From assembly GCF_054482525.1 (NCBI RefSeq), contig NZ_CM137006.1: a stretch of DNA of 64,000 nt, one strand, 5' to 3'. Every line of letters starts with the position of its first letter. Within the stretch, counting starts at the first letter, position 1. A model generated the notes under the pieces. It did no database searches and was not told where the DNA came from. It saw only the letters and a list, made by a program, of their open reading frames with translations. The translations under genes were made by a program, and so were the position numbers. Below, one piece after another: positions 50,780-63,649 of the stretch.

Positions 50780-51853
50780 ATGAAACAAAAAGAGCTATGG
50801 ATTAACCAGATCAAAGGGTTATGTATTTGTCTGGTAGTGATTTATCACTCGGTGATTACCTTTTATCCGCATCTGAGCACTTTTCAGCATCCGTTATCGG
50901 AAGTCCTGAGCAAATGCTGGATCTATTTCAATCTTTACCTTTCACCCTTTCGTATGCCGGTTTTTTTCTTTATATCCGGCTATTTGATTCGCCGCTATAT
51001 CGACAGCGTACCGTGGGGAAATTGTCTCGATAAACGGATCTGGAACATCTTCTGGGTGCTGGCGCTTTGGGGCGTGGTGCAGTGGCTGGCGTTAAGTGCG
51101 CTGAACCAGTGGCTGGCACCTGAGCGCGATTTAAGCAATGCCTCCAATGCCGCGTATGCCGATTCCACCGGTGAGTTCCTGCACGGGATGATCACCGCCA
51201 GCACCAGTTTGTGGTATCTGTATGCGTTAATTGTTTATTTCGTGGTATGTAAAATTTTTAGCCGTCTGGCGCTGCCACTATTCGCCTTGTTTGTACTGAT
51301 GAGTGTGGCGGTTAATTTCGTTCCCACGCCGTGGTGGGGAATGAACAGTGTGATCCGCAATTTGCCTTATTACAGCCTTGGCGCATGGTTTGGCGCAACA
51401 TTAATGACCTACGTTAAAGAGGTGCCGTTGCGCCGCCATCTGCTGATGGCTTCTTTGCTGACCGTTCTGGCGGTCGGTGCCTGGTTGTTTACTATCTCGC
51501 TGCTGTTGTCGCTGGTATCGATTGTGGTGATCATGAAGCTGTTTTATCAATACGAGCAACGTTTCGGTATGCGCTCCACCAGCCTGCTGAATGTGATTGG
51601 CACCAACACCATTGCTATCTACACCACCCATCGCATTCTGGTAGAGATATTCAGCTTAACTCTGCTTGCGCCAATGAACGCGGCACGCTGGTCGCCGCAA
51701 GTCGAACTGACACTCCTGATGGTTTACCCCTTTGTCAGTTTGTTCATCTGTACTGTTGCGGGCTTGCTGGTAAGAAAACTTTCACAGCGCGCATTCAGCG
51801 ATCTGTTGTTCTCCCCGCCTTCACTGCCCGCTGCCGTCAGTTACTCCCGCTAA
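50780..51853 (+). CDS. ycfT: Inner-membrane acyltransferase-family protein YcfT
   Basis: 357 aa polytopic membrane protein; synteny between lolC and mfd. Confidence 0.8.
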   Translation: MKQKELWINQIKGLCICLVVIYHSVITFYPHLSTFQHPLSEVLSKCWIYFNLYLSPFRMPVFFFISGYLIRRYIDSVPWGNCLDKRIWNIFWVLALWGVVQWLALSALNQWLAPERDLSNASNAAYADSTGEFLHGMITASTSLWYLYALIVYFVVCKIFSRLALPLFALFVLMSVAVNFVPTPWWGMNSVIRNLPYYSLGAWFGATLMTYVKEVPLRRHLLMASLLTVLAVGAWLFTISLLLSLVSIVVIMKLFYQYEQRFGMRSTSLLNVIGTNTIAIYTTHRILVEIFSLTLLAPMNAARWSPQVELTLLMVYPFVSLFICTVAGLLVRKLSQRAFSDLLFSPPSLPAAVSYSR

Positions 51854-51980
51854 GCCATCGCCCCAGCCGGGGCGATTCAATTTGCTAAACCATGTCGATT
51901 ACGGATAATGAACAGCATTGCTTATCAGAGATATGCCCCCATATGTTGAGGCATATCCTAACGAGAATCTGACAACCGTT

Positions 51981-54900
51981 ATGCCTGAACAATATCGTTA
52001 TACGCTGCCCGTCAAAGCGGGTGAGCAGCGTCTGCTGGGCGAGTTAACCGGCGCTGCCTGCGCGACGCTGGTAGCGGAAATTGCCGAACGTCACGCCGGT
52101 CCGGTGGTACTCATTGCACCAGATATGCAAAATGCTCTGCGTTTGCATGATGAAATTAGCCAGTTCACCGATCAGATGGTGATGAATCTGGCGGACTGGG
52201 AAACCCTCCCTTACGACAGTTTTTCGCCTCATCAGGACATTATCTCCTCGCGCCTTTCCACCCTTTACCAGCTACCGACGATGCAGCGTGGCGTACTGAT
52301 TGTTCCGGTGAATACGCTTATGCAGCGCGTTTGCCCGCACAGTTTTCTCCACGGCCATGCGCTGGTGATGAAAAAAGGTCAGCGCCTGTCACGAGATGCA
52401 TTACGATCCCAACTGGACAGCGCAGGTTATCGCCATGTTGACCAGGTGATGGAGCACGGCGAATACGCCACGCGCGGCGCATTGCTGGATCTCTTCCCGA
52501 TGGGAAGTGAGCTGCCTTATCGTCTTGATTTCTTTGATGATGAAATCGACAGTCTGCGGGTGTTTGACGTCGACAGCCAGCGCACGCTGGAGGAAGTAGA
52601 AGCGATCAATCTGCTGTCCGCGCACGAATTTCCGACCGATAAAGCGGCAATTGAACTGTTCCGCAGCCAGTGGCGCGATACCTTCGAAGTGAAGCGCGAT
52701 CCGGAACATATTTACCAGCAAGTGAGTAAAGGCACATTACCTGCCGGGATCGAGTACTGGCAGCCATTGTTCTTCAGCGAACCACTGCCGCCGCTGTTCA
52801 GTTATTTCCCTGCCAATACCTTGCTGGTGAATACTGGCGATCTGGAAAACAGTGCCGAACGTTTCCAGGCTGACACGCTGGCGCGTTTTGAGAATCGCGG
52901 CGTCGATCCGATGCGCCCACTGTTGCCACCACAATCGCTCTGGCTGCGGGTGGACGAGCTCTTCTCAGAGCTGAAAAACTGGCCCCGAGTGCAGCTAAAA
53001 ACTGAACATTTACCGACAAAAGCCGCGAATGCCAATTTAGGTTTCCAGAAACTGCCAGACCTGGCCGTTCAGGCACAACAAAAAGCGCCGCTGGATGCGC
53101 TGCGTAAGTTCCTCGAGTCTTTCGACGGTCCGGTGGTGTTCTCGGTAGAAAGTGAAGGTCGCCGTGAAGCACTGGGTGAACTGCTCGCGCGAATTAAAAT
53201 TGCTCCTCAACGCATTATGCGTCTTGATGAAGCCAAAGACCGTGGGCGTTATCTGATGATTGGCGCTGCCGAACATGGTTTTGTCGATACGGTACGTAAT
53301 CTGGCGCTGATTTGCGAAAGCGATCTGCTCGGTGAACGCGTTGCCCGTCGTCGTCAGGATTCTCGCCGCGCCATCAACCCCGATACACTGATCCGTAACC
53401 TTGCGGAGCTGCATATTGGTCAGCCGGTGGTCCATCTGGAGCACGGCGTCGGTCGTTATGCCGGAATGACCACGCTGGAAGCGGGAGGCATTACTGGCGA
53501 GTATTTGATGCTCACCTATGCCAACGACGCCAAACTGTATGTTCCGGTGTCGTCACTGCATCTGATTAGCCGTTACGCGGGTGGCGCGGAAGAAAACGCC
53601 CCGCTGCATAAACTTGGCGGCGATGCGTGGTCACGCGCGCGGCAGAAAGCGGCGGAAAAAGTGCGTGATGTGGCGGCGGAATTGCTGGATATCTACGCGC
53701 AACGCGCCGCCAAAGAGGGCTTCGCGTTTAAACACGATCGTGAGCAGTATCAGTTGTTCTGCGACAGCTTCCCGTTTGAAACCACGCCGGATCAGGCGCA
53801 GGCCATTAATGCGGTGCTTAGCGACATGTGTCAGCCGCTGGCAATGGATCGTCTGGTGTGCGGCGATGTTGGCTTTGGTAAAACAGAAGTGGCAATGCGC
53901 GCCGCTTTCCTGGCTGTAGATAACCACAAGCAGGTGGCGGTGCTGGTGCCTACCACCCTTCTCGCGCAGCAGCATTACGACAACTTCCGCGACCGTTTCG
54001 CCAACTGGCCGGTACGCATCGAAATGATCTCCCGTTTCCGCAGCGCCAAAGAACAGACGCAAATCCTTGCGGAAGTAGCGGAAGGGAAAATCGATATTCT
54101 GATCGGTACGCACAAACTGCTGCAAAATGACGTCAAGTTTAAAGATTTAGGCCTGCTAATTGTCGATGAAGAACACCGCTTCGGGGTGCGTCATAAAGAG
54201 CGCATTAAAGCGATGCGCGCGAACGTGGATATTCTGACGCTTACTGCAACGCCGATCCCACGTACGCTGAATATGGCAATGAGCGGAATGCGTGACCTGT
54301 CGATTATCGCCACGCCGCCCGCCCGTCGTCTGGCGGTCAAAACGTTTGTCCGCGAGTATGACAGTCTGGTGGTCCGGGAGGCGATCCTGCGTGAAATTTT
54401 GCGCGGAGGACAGGTTTATTATCTCTACAATGATGTGGAAAACATTCAGAAAGCCGCCGAACGGCTGGCAGAACTGGTGCCAGAAGCGCGGATCGCCATC
54501 GGTCACGGGCAGATGCGCGAGCGCGAACTGGAGCGGGTGATGAATGATTTCCATCATCAACGTTTCAACGTGCTGGTTTGTACAACCATTATCGAAACCG
54601 GGATCGACATCCCGACAGCCAACACCATTATCATTGAACGCGCGGATCACTTCGGTCTGGCGCAGCTGCACCAGTTACGCGGTCGCGTCGGACGTTCGCA
54701 TCATCAGGCATATGCATGGTTGCTGACACCGCATCCAAAAGCGATGACTACCGATGCGCAAAAACGTCTTGAAGCGATTGCCTCGCTGGAAGATCTCGGG
54801 GCAGGTTTTGCGCTGGCAACGCACGATCTGGAGATTCGCGGCGCGGGTGAACTGCTTGGCGAAGAACAAAGCGGCTCAATGGAAACTATCGGTTTCTCGC

Positions 54901-55427
54901 TGTATATGGAGTTGCTGGAAAACGCCGTCGATGCGCTGAAAGCCGGACGCGAGCCGTCGCTGGAAGATCTCACCAGCCAGCAAACAGAAGTCGAGCTGCG
55001 GATGCCGTCGCTATTGCCAGATGATTTCATCCCTGACGTGAACACGCGTCTGTCGTTCTACAAACGTATTGCCAGCGCCAAAACGGAAAACGAACTGGAA
55101 GAGATCAAAGTCGAGCTTATCGATCGCTTCGGCCTGCTGCCGGATCCGGCGCGTACCCTGCTGGATATTGCCCGTCTGCGCCAGCAAGCGCAGAAACTGG
55201 GGATCAGGAAGCTGGAAGGTAATGAGAAAGGCGGGGTGATCGAATTTGCCGAGAAGAATCACGTTAATCCGGCCTGGTTGATTGGTTTGCTGCAAAAACA
55301 GCCGCAGCATTATCGCCTCGATGGCCCGACTCGCCTGAAGTTTATTCAGGATTTGAGCGAGCGAAAAACGCGTATCGAATGGGTACGCCAGTTTATGCGT
55401 GAACTGGAAGAGAACGCGATCGCTTAA
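51981..55427 (+). CDS. mfd: Transcription-repair coupling factor Mfd
   Basis: 1148-aa product from MPEQYRYTLPVKAGEQRLLGELTGAACATL...; helicase motifs (GDVGFGKTEVA, DEEHRFG); trimmed to Met22. Confidence 0.95.
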   Translation: MPEQYRYTLPVKAGEQRLLGELTGAACATLVAEIAERHAGPVVLIAPDMQNALRLHDEISQFTDQMVMNLADWETLPYDSFSPHQDIISSRLSTLYQLPTMQRGVLIVPVNTLMQRVCPHSFLHGHALVMKKGQRLSRDALRSQLDSAGYRHVDQVMEHGEYATRGALLDLFPMGSELPYRLDFFDDEIDSLRVFDVDSQRTLEEVEAINLLSAHEFPTDKAAIELFRSQWRDTFEVKRDPEHIYQQVSKGTLPAGIEYWQPLFFSEPLPPLFSYFPANTLLVNTGDLENSAERFQADTLARFENRGVDPMRPLLPPQSLWLRVDELFSELKNWPRVQLKTEHLPTKAANANLGFQKLPDLAVQAQQKAPLDALRKFLESFDGPVVFSVESEGRREALGELLARIKIAPQRIMRLDEAKDRGRYLMIGAAEHGFVDTVRNLALICESDLLGERVARRRQDSRRAINPDTLIRNLAELHIGQPVVHLEHGVGRYAGMTTLEAGGITGEYLMLTYANDAKLYVPVSSLHLISRYAGGAEENAPLHKLGGDAWSRARQKAAEKVRDVAAELLDIYAQRAAKEGFAFKHDREQYQLFCDSFPFETTPDQAQAINAVLSDMCQPLAMDRLVCGDVGFGKTEVAMRAAFLAVDNHKQVAVLVPTTLLAQQHYDNFRDRFANWPVRIEMISRFRSAKEQTQILAEVAEGKIDILIGTHKLLQNDVKFKDLGLLIVDEEHRFGVRHKERIKAMRANVDILTLTATPIPRTLNMAMSGMRDLSIIATPPARRLAVKTFVREYDSLVVREAILREILRGGQVYYLYNDVENIQKAAERLAELVPEARIAIGHGQMRERELERVMNDFHHQRFNVLVCTTIIETGIDIPTANTIIIERADHFGLAQLHQLRGRVGRSHHQAYAWLLTPHPKAMTTDAQKRLEAIASLEDLGAGFALATHDLEIRGAGELLGEEQSGSMETIGFSLYMELLENAVDALKAGREPSLEDLTSQQTEVELRMPSLLPDDFIPDVNTRLSFYKRIASAKTENELEEIKVELIDRFGLLPDPARTLLDIARLRQQAQKLGIRKLEGNEKGGVIEFAEKNHVNPAWLIGLLQKQPQHYRLDGPTRLKFIQDLSERKTRIEWVRQFMRELEENAIA

Positions 55428-55567
55428 TAGTAAATCGGGGGCGTTTCTGCGCCCCCATCTGCAACATTTACAAATTCTTTGCACTTCCCTGCACTATCCG
55501 ACACTGTCACCATCCATAATTCAGGCTTATCTGTTTATTACAATAACCTTATATATATTATGGATTT

Positions 55568-56533
55568 TTGGTGATGATCAAAACGCGTTTTTCTCGCTGG
55601 CTAACGTTTTTTACGTTCGCCGCTGCCGTGGTGCTGGCGCTGCCGGCAAAAGCCAACACCTGGCCGCTGCCGCCAGCGGGCAGTCGTCTGGTTGGTGAAA
55701 ACAAATTTCATGTTGTGGAAAATGACGGTGGTTCTCTGGAAGCCATTGCCAAAAAATATAACGTCGGCTTTCTCGCTCTGTTACAGGCTAACCCCGGCGT
55801 TGATCCTTACGTACCGCGCGCGGGTAGCGTGTTAACGATCCCGTTGCAAACCCTACTTCCAGACGCGCCGCGCGAAGGCATTGTGATCAACATTGCGGAG
55901 CTGCGTCTCTATTACTACCCGCCGGGTAAAAATTCGGTAACCGTGTATCCCATCGGCATTGGTCAGTTGGGTGGTGACACGCTGACACCGACAATGGTGA
56001 CCACCGTTTCAGACAAACGTGCAAACCCAACCTGGACGCCAACGGCAAACATCCGCGCCCGTTATAAAGCACAGGGAATTGAGTTGCCTGCGGTAGTTCC
56101 GGCTGGACCGGATAACCCAATGGGCCATCATGCGATTCGTCTGGCGGCCTATGGCGGTGTTTATTTGCTTCACGGTACGAACGCCGATTTCGGCATTGGC
56201 ATGCGGGTAAGTTCTGGCTGTATTCGTCTGCGTGATGACGATATCAAAACACTCTTTAGCCAGGTCACCCCTGGTACCAAAGTGAATATCATCAACACCC
56301 CGATTAAAGTCTCTGCCGAACCAAACGGTGCGCGTCTGGTTGAAGTACATCAACCGCTGTCAGAGAAGATTGATGACGATCCGCAACTGCTGCCAATTAC
56401 ACTGAATAGCGCAATGCAATCATTTAAAGATGCAGCACAAACTGACGCTGAAGTGATGCAACATGTGATGGATGTCCGTTCCGGGATGCCGGTGGATGTC
56501 CGCCGTCATCAAGTGAGCCCACAAACTCTGTAA
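55568..56533 (+). CDS. ldtC: L,D-transpeptidase LdtC (YcfS)
   Basis: About 320 aa with signal peptide, LysM-like segment and catalytic ...HGT...SSGCIRL... motif. Confidence 0.85.
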   Translation: MVMIKTRFSRWLTFFTFAAAVVLALPAKANTWPLPPAGSRLVGENKFHVVENDGGSLEAIAKKYNVGFLALLQANPGVDPYVPRAGSVLTIPLQTLLPDAPREGIVINIAELRLYYYPPGKNSVTVYPIGIGQLGGDTLTPTMVTTVSDKRANPTWTPTANIRARYKAQGIELPAVVPAGPDNPMGHHAIRLAAYGGVYLLHGTNADFGIGMRVSSGCIRLRDDDIKTLFSQVTPGTKVNIINTPIKVSAEPNGARLVEVHQPLSEKIDDDPQLLPITLNSAMQSFKDAAQTDAEVMQHVMDVRSGMPVDVRRHQVSPQTL

Positions 56534-56541
56534 ATCCTGGA

Positions 56542-56583
56542 TAAAAAAATCCCCGCGACACGGCATGTCGCGGGGAAAAAAAT
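56542..56583. terminator. Bidirectional intrinsic terminator between convergent ldtC and bhsA
   Basis: A-tract, CCCCGCGACA-CGGCA-TGTCGCGGGG, A-tract. Confidence 0.65.
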
Positions 56584-56615
56584 CAGCAGTAGCAGGCATT
56601 AATGAGGGTTAATGC

Positions 56616-56873
56616 TTATTTATAAATTACTGCTGTTCCATGGAGGGTATTCGGACCGGTTACAGAAGTAATACGGAAAGATTTTGCGCCCATCTCATCC
56701 GCTTTTTGCGCCAGCTGCTCTTCCAGCGATCCCAGATTTGTCCCCGCGTTAGCACTGATAGTACCGACTTTTTGTTGGCCTTCTGGCGTTGACTGAACTT
56801 CGACAGCCGCAAAGCTGGCAAATGACATTGAGCTTAAAATCGCCGCAGCGATGAGGGTTTTTACGTTTTTCAT
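56616..56873 (-). CDS. bhsA: Multiple stress resistance protein BhsA (YcfR)
   Basis: 85 aa with signal peptide MKNVKTLIAAAILSSMSFASFA. Confidence 0.85.
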   Translation of the reverse strand: MKNVKTLIAAAILSSMSFASFAAVEVQSTPEGQQKVGTISANAGTNLGSLEEQLAQKADEMGAKSFRITSVTGPNTLHGTAVIYK

Positions 56874-56941
56874 AATAGTGGCCTTATGCAGATGAATGAC
56901 GTCGCAAGCAATTACTTAACGATCGATAACTAAATGATAGA

Positions 56942-56957
56942 TGTGATCTGGATCACA
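56942..56957. promoter_or_regulatory. Palindromic TGTGA-N6-TCACA site (CRP-consensus-like or ComR operator) in the bhsA-comR divergent region
   Basis: TGTGATCTGGATCACA read directly, about 70 bp upstream of the bhsA start. Confidence 0.4.
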
Positions 56958-57113
56958 TACAAGATATTTTTTATAACAATCATTAATTAATTTAAAAATC
57001 TTTAAATTTCAGTTAAATAGAAAGCAATTATTTTTATGGTTTGTGGACTGGTGAACGGAGGTGATTATTTTTATAATAACCTTTCATTCACAGTCACCAG
57101 GTACAACGGCATC

Positions 57114-57746
57114 ATGGCAACTGACTCAACACAATGTGTAAAAAAAAGCCGTGGCCGCCCAAAAGTGTTCGACAGGGATGCCGCGCTTGATAAGGCCATG
57201 AAATTGTTCTGGCAGCACGGTTATGAAGCGACTTCTCTTGCGGACCTCGTCGAAGCGACCGGAGCCAAAGCGCCCACGCTATACGCGGAATTTACCAACA
57301 AAGAGGGGTTATTCCGCGCCGTACTCGACCGCTATATCGATCGTTTTGCCGCTAAGCATGAAGCACAGCTGTTTTGTGAAGAGAAAAGCGTGGAGTCTGC
57401 GCTGGCTGACTATTTTGCTGCCATCGCCAACTGCTTTACCAGCAAAGACACCCCGGCTGGCTGCTTTATGATCAACAACTGCACCACCCTCTCCCCGGAT
57501 TCCGGAGATATCGCCAATACGCTGAAATCACGCCATGCGATGCAAGAGCGCACTTTGCAGCAGTTTTTATGTCAACGACAAGCGCGCGGGGAAATCCCGA
57601 CCCACTGTGACGTGACGCATCTGGCAGAATTCCTTAATTGTATTATTCAGGGGATGTCGATCAGCGCACGCGAAGGTGCATCGCTGGAAAAACTGATGCA
57701 GATTGCCCGAACGACTTTGCGTTTATGGCCCGAACTGGTGAAATAA
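57114..57746 (+). CDS. comR: TetR-family repressor ComR (YcfQ)
   Basis: 210-aa product from MATDSTQCVKKSRGRPKVFDRDAALDKAMKLFWQHGYEATSLADL... (TetR HTH); trimmed to Met27. Confidence 0.82.
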   Translation: MATDSTQCVKKSRGRPKVFDRDAALDKAMKLFWQHGYEATSLADLVEATGAKAPTLYAEFTNKEGLFRAVLDRYIDRFAAKHEAQLFCEEKSVESALADYFAAIANCFTSKDTPAGCFMINNCTTLSPDSGDIANTLKSRHAMQERTLQQFLCQRQARGEIPTHCDVTHLAEFLNCIIQGMSISAREGASLEKLMQIARTTLRLWPELVK

Positions 57747-57807
57747 GGCGCAAAAAAAGCCCCTCAGCCTGAGCGAATGGGGGGCTAAATTGCAGAATAC
57801 AGCCTTG

Positions 57808-58347
57808 TTATACTTTGTTATTCAAAATCAGTTGCCCGTTGCCATCTAACGGGATCTGCGTGCCCGGATCGCGGTCCATGCGGATTTTGCCCTGCTGATC
57901 GCCAATCTTATAGGTCACATCATAACCGAGCATTTTTTCTGACTTGTCATACACCGTTTTACAACGCTGTTGCGTAGTCGTGTAAGTATCGCTTTCCTGG
58001 AGAGAGCCCTGGATCTGGTTACCGGCATAGCCACCTCCCAGCGCCCCCACAACAGTGGCGACATCTTTACCCCGACCACCGCCAAACTGATGCCCTATCA
58101 CGCCGCCAGCAACAGCGCCGAGCACCGACCCGGTAATGCGATTTTCATCCTGCACCGGTCGACGATGGGTCACTGTGACGTTGCGACACTCCTGACGCGG
58201 TGTTTTAACCGTTTCCTTGATTGGGGTTGCAGAAACAACCTGAGCGTATTGCGGGCCACGTTCAAACACGTTCAGACTGGCCACTGCCGCTACGCCCAAC
58301 GCAGCTGCGACACCAATCCCCATACCCGCCAACATTGATTTATTCAC
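57808..58347 (-). CDS. ycfJ: Glycine-zipper membrane protein YcfJ
   Basis: About 179 aa; N-terminal TM, Gly-rich ...GAVAGGVIGHQFGGGRGKDVATVVGALGGGYAG...; start approximate. Confidence 0.8.
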   Translation of the reverse strand: MNKSMLAGMGIGVAAALGVAAVASLNVFERGPQYAQVVSATPIKETVKTPRQECRNVTVTHRRPVQDENRITGSVLGAVAGGVIGHQFGGGRGKDVATVVGALGGGYAGNQIQGSLQESDTYTTTQQRCKTVYDKSEKMLGYDVTYKIGDQQGKIRMDRDPGTQIPLDGNGQLILNNKV

Positions 58348-58474
58348 GGGAACACCTCCTTCTTTGCTGTTATGCCAATCATGCAAGCGAAGGAGAAAAG
58401 CAGCTATCAGACAGAAGATGAAAAGCGCGGGAATGGCTGGAAATACTTAGGGATTCGGAGGAGTCTGAAGGAAT

Positions 58475-58563
<89 letters not shown>

Positions 58564-58573
58564 TACAAGCCGA

Positions 58574-59878
58574 TTAATGCAACTTCAAACGTGGACGGAT
58601 AACGCGGTTAATACTCCCCACCAGCATCATTAATCCGGTTTTAAAGTAACCATGCAGCGCAATCTGATGCATTCTGTATAGCGAGATGTATACAAAGCGC
58701 GCAATTCGTCCTTCAATCATCATTGAGCCGCGCGTCAGGTTACCCATCAGGCTACCGACGGTGGAGAAGTTCGACAGCGATACCAGCGAACCGTGATCTT
58801 TATACTGATAATTTTTCAGCGGCTTACCGTTCATCTGCGCCAGAATGTTGTTCATTGCGCAAGTTGCCATCTGGTGTGCAGCCTGAGCGCGCGGCGGAAC
58901 AAAGCCCCCTTCCGGACGCGGGCATGACGCGCAATCGCCAATAGCGTAAATGTCTGGATCGCGGGTGGTTTGCAGCGTCGGTTCCACCACCAGCTGGTTG
59001 ATACGGTTGGTTTCAAGACCACCAATATCTTTCAGGAAGTCTGGCGCTTTGATCCCGGCTGCCCACACCATCAGATCAGCCTCAATATATTCGCCATCTT
59101 TAGTGTGCAGGCCGCCTTCATCAGCACTGGTGACCATGGTTTGCGTCAGCACGCGAACGCCAAGTTTCGTTAGCTCGTTGTGGGCCGCAGCAGAGATACG
59201 TGGCGGTAATGCAGGCAAAATACGTTCGCCCGCTTCTACCAGCGTTACGTTCAGGGCTTCGTTGGTCAGACCTTTATAACCGTAGCTGTGCAGTTGCTTG
59301 ACCGCGTTGTGCAATTCAGCGGAGAGTTCTACACCCGTCGCGCCGCCGCCGACTATCGCAATGTTCACTTTGCCATTCGCGCCCAGGTTGGCGGAGTATT
59401 TCAGGAACAGATTCAGCATCTCCTGGTGGAAGCGACGCGCCTGGTGCGGGTTATCGAGGAAAATGCAGTTCTCTTTGACACCTGGCGTATTGAAATCGTT
59501 AGAGGTGCTACCCAGCGCCATTACCAGGGTGTCATAGGCGATTTTACGTTCCGGAACCAGCAATTCACCTTTTTCGTCGCGCAGTTCTGCAATAGTGATT
59601 GTTTTCGCTTCACGATCAATATCAATGACGGAACCCAGCTGGAACTGGAAACCATGATTACGCGCATGGGCCAGATAGCTCAACGCATCGACGCCTTCAT
59701 CAAGCGAGCCAGTCGCCACTTCGTGCAGCAGCGGTTTCCACAGGTGGCTGTGGTTACGATCGACCAGCGTGATTTTGGCTTTTTTCTTGCGTCCCAGCTT
59801 ATGCCCCAGCTGTGTTGCCATTTCCAGCCCACCAGCACCGCCGCCGACAATCACAATTTTTTTCAATGGCGTAGTCAA
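58574..59878 (-). CDS. ndh: NADH dehydrogenase II (Ndh)
   Basis: 434-aa product beginning (M)[28 protein letters not shown] (FAD-binding GxGxxG); start codon reads TTG here. Confidence 0.92.
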
Positions 59879-60208
59879 CGTGACCCCCTTAAATTTATTA
59901 ACCAATTGTTAATTAATGGTTATTAACATAGCTCTTAATTAACAACAGGTTACAGCAATGAAAATGTTCTTCGCTATTGAGAATAACATGAATGGTGCAT
60001 TGGTCATACCAAAATTGATGTTAATCAAGTTTTGTTGCTGAAAAGATAGGCGACTTTACCGGGCGAGATCAAAAAACAGAGTTTGTTGTTTATTATTTGA
60101 GCGAATTTATGAGAGTGGTATAGCGTGAGGGGTGTATAGAGGACGTTTGGTAGGCCTGATAAAATGCGCATCAGGTACCGGCAAGGTTACCTGATGCGAC
60201 GAGGGCAT

Positions 60209-60751
60209 TTACCCGAGGGTTTTGAACGCTTTAATGCGCTGTAAATGCGGGGAGATATTCTTGAATTTGTGCGTCTGCTCTTCGTCCCAGACAATCTCGT
60301 AATAATGATGCAGCTCTTCAGATGTCCGCTGGCTGTTAAGCGCTTCATCATTACGCGACAAAATCACCAAACAACGATCGCGATTCTTTTCGCGGAAGTT
60401 GGTCACACACTTAGTGGCAATATCGGCATACTCTTCCGGGCGATCAATCTTGCCTTCCATGTTCTCATAAGGGAACAAATTAGGGTTGAAGATCACCTGG
60501 CGGATGTCGCAAAGAAAACCAATCCGTTCCGCCCAGTATCCGCCCAAGCCAACGCCGCAAATTAGCGGACGCTCGTCAACGTTCAGTTGCAACATTTTGT
60601 CCACTTCTTTAAGCAGATGCTGCATATCATGTTTCGGATGCCGCGTACTGTAGCTTATCAAGCGTACATCCGGGTCAATAAACTGCAATTGTAAGACTTT
60701 CTCGTGGTTACCCGGACTGTTAGAGTCAAAACCGTGTAAATAGATAATCAT
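60209..60751 (-). CDS. ycfP: UPF0227 esterase-fold protein YcfP
   Basis: 180-aa product from [24 protein letters not shown]...; trimmed to Met20. Confidence 0.85.
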
Positions 60752-60773
60752 CGCTTCCTCACATAAGCCAGGG

Positions 60774-62614
<1,841 letters not shown>

Positions 62615-62634
<20 letters not shown>

Positions 62635-63256
62635 CTTTACCTGACCAGATAATTTCGCCCGTCTGCACCAGCATCAGCTGCATTTGTAGGGTCGGAGCGT
62701 TAACGTTGCCAGAGGCGCTGGAGTACAGCACGTAATGAGCGCCGACATTGCGGGCAATGCCTATGGCTTTACTACGGGTGCCTAAACTGTCCTGCGGCGA
62801 CAAACCTAACTGTTGCTTTGCCATCGACAGCTGCTGGGCGGAAACCAGGGTAAATTTACCGTTATTAGCCAGCGCATTTTGCAGCGTTTCGGTCGCTTCT
62901 GCGGCATTCAGCGAACCGTTAGTACGGTTGTTAACGCTATCAACCAGCAGGACGCTACCCGCAGTCACGCCGTCAGCCCCAAGCATCTTACTGACCATCG
63001 GCTGCATTGCGCCATTCCAGTCATAATGGCGAATATGCGGCGCAGGCGGTGCAGTTTGATCTTCGTGCTCAATTGGGCCTGGCTGCTGCGGGATTGTCGG
63101 CACCGATGGCACTGTGGGGACAGGCTGTTGCGGCTCGGCTGGTTGTTCCGGCGCTGGTTTCACTTCTTCTACCGGCGCAGGTTCACGTTGCCCCACACAC
63201 CCGGCGAGAAACATCGCCAGCGCGGTAATCAAGGCGTAGCGACTCATTTTTGTCAT
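62615..63256 (-). CDS. lpoB: Penicillin-binding protein activator lipoprotein LpoB
   Basis: 213 aa, lipobox LAGC, proline-rich linker; start overlaps thiK stop. Confidence 0.85.
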
Positions 63257-63269
63257 CAAGATTCACCCC

Positions 63270-63647
63270 TTACAAATATAGATAAAGTCTGACTTTGTGC
63301 GCCCCCAGAAAATTGGCGCTGCCGTACAGCGTTACCGCCGAATGTGCGGGAATGGTAACGCTGCGTGGCCTTTCCAGAGGATGCATCTCCAGCCCTCTGG
63401 CGTCATACCAGTAAAAACGATAATGAACGGTAACGGGTTCTTGCCTTTCGTTATAAAGCGTTGAGGATGCTGAAGGTTGAATATCAGACGTCGAAAGGAC
63501 GGGCTTTTCTGCACTGATGCCCGCAGCCAATAAAGATGACTCCATCACCAGCGACTGCTCATCATTCACCGGAATTTCCGGATGTGAACGACAGCCCACC
63601 AGCACTAACAACGCCAGAGACACCAGCCCAAAGCATCCTTTTCTCAT
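63270..63647 (-). CDS. ycfL: Lipoprotein YcfL
   Basis: 125 aa with lipobox LVGC. Confidence 0.8.
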   Translation of the reverse strand: MRKGCFGLVSLALLVLVGCRSHPEIPVNDEQSLVMESSLLAAGISAEKPVLSTSDIQPSASSTLYNERQEPVTVHYRFYWYDARGLEMHPLERPRSVTIPAHSAVTLYGSANFLGAHKVRLYLYL

Positions 63648-63649
63648 CG

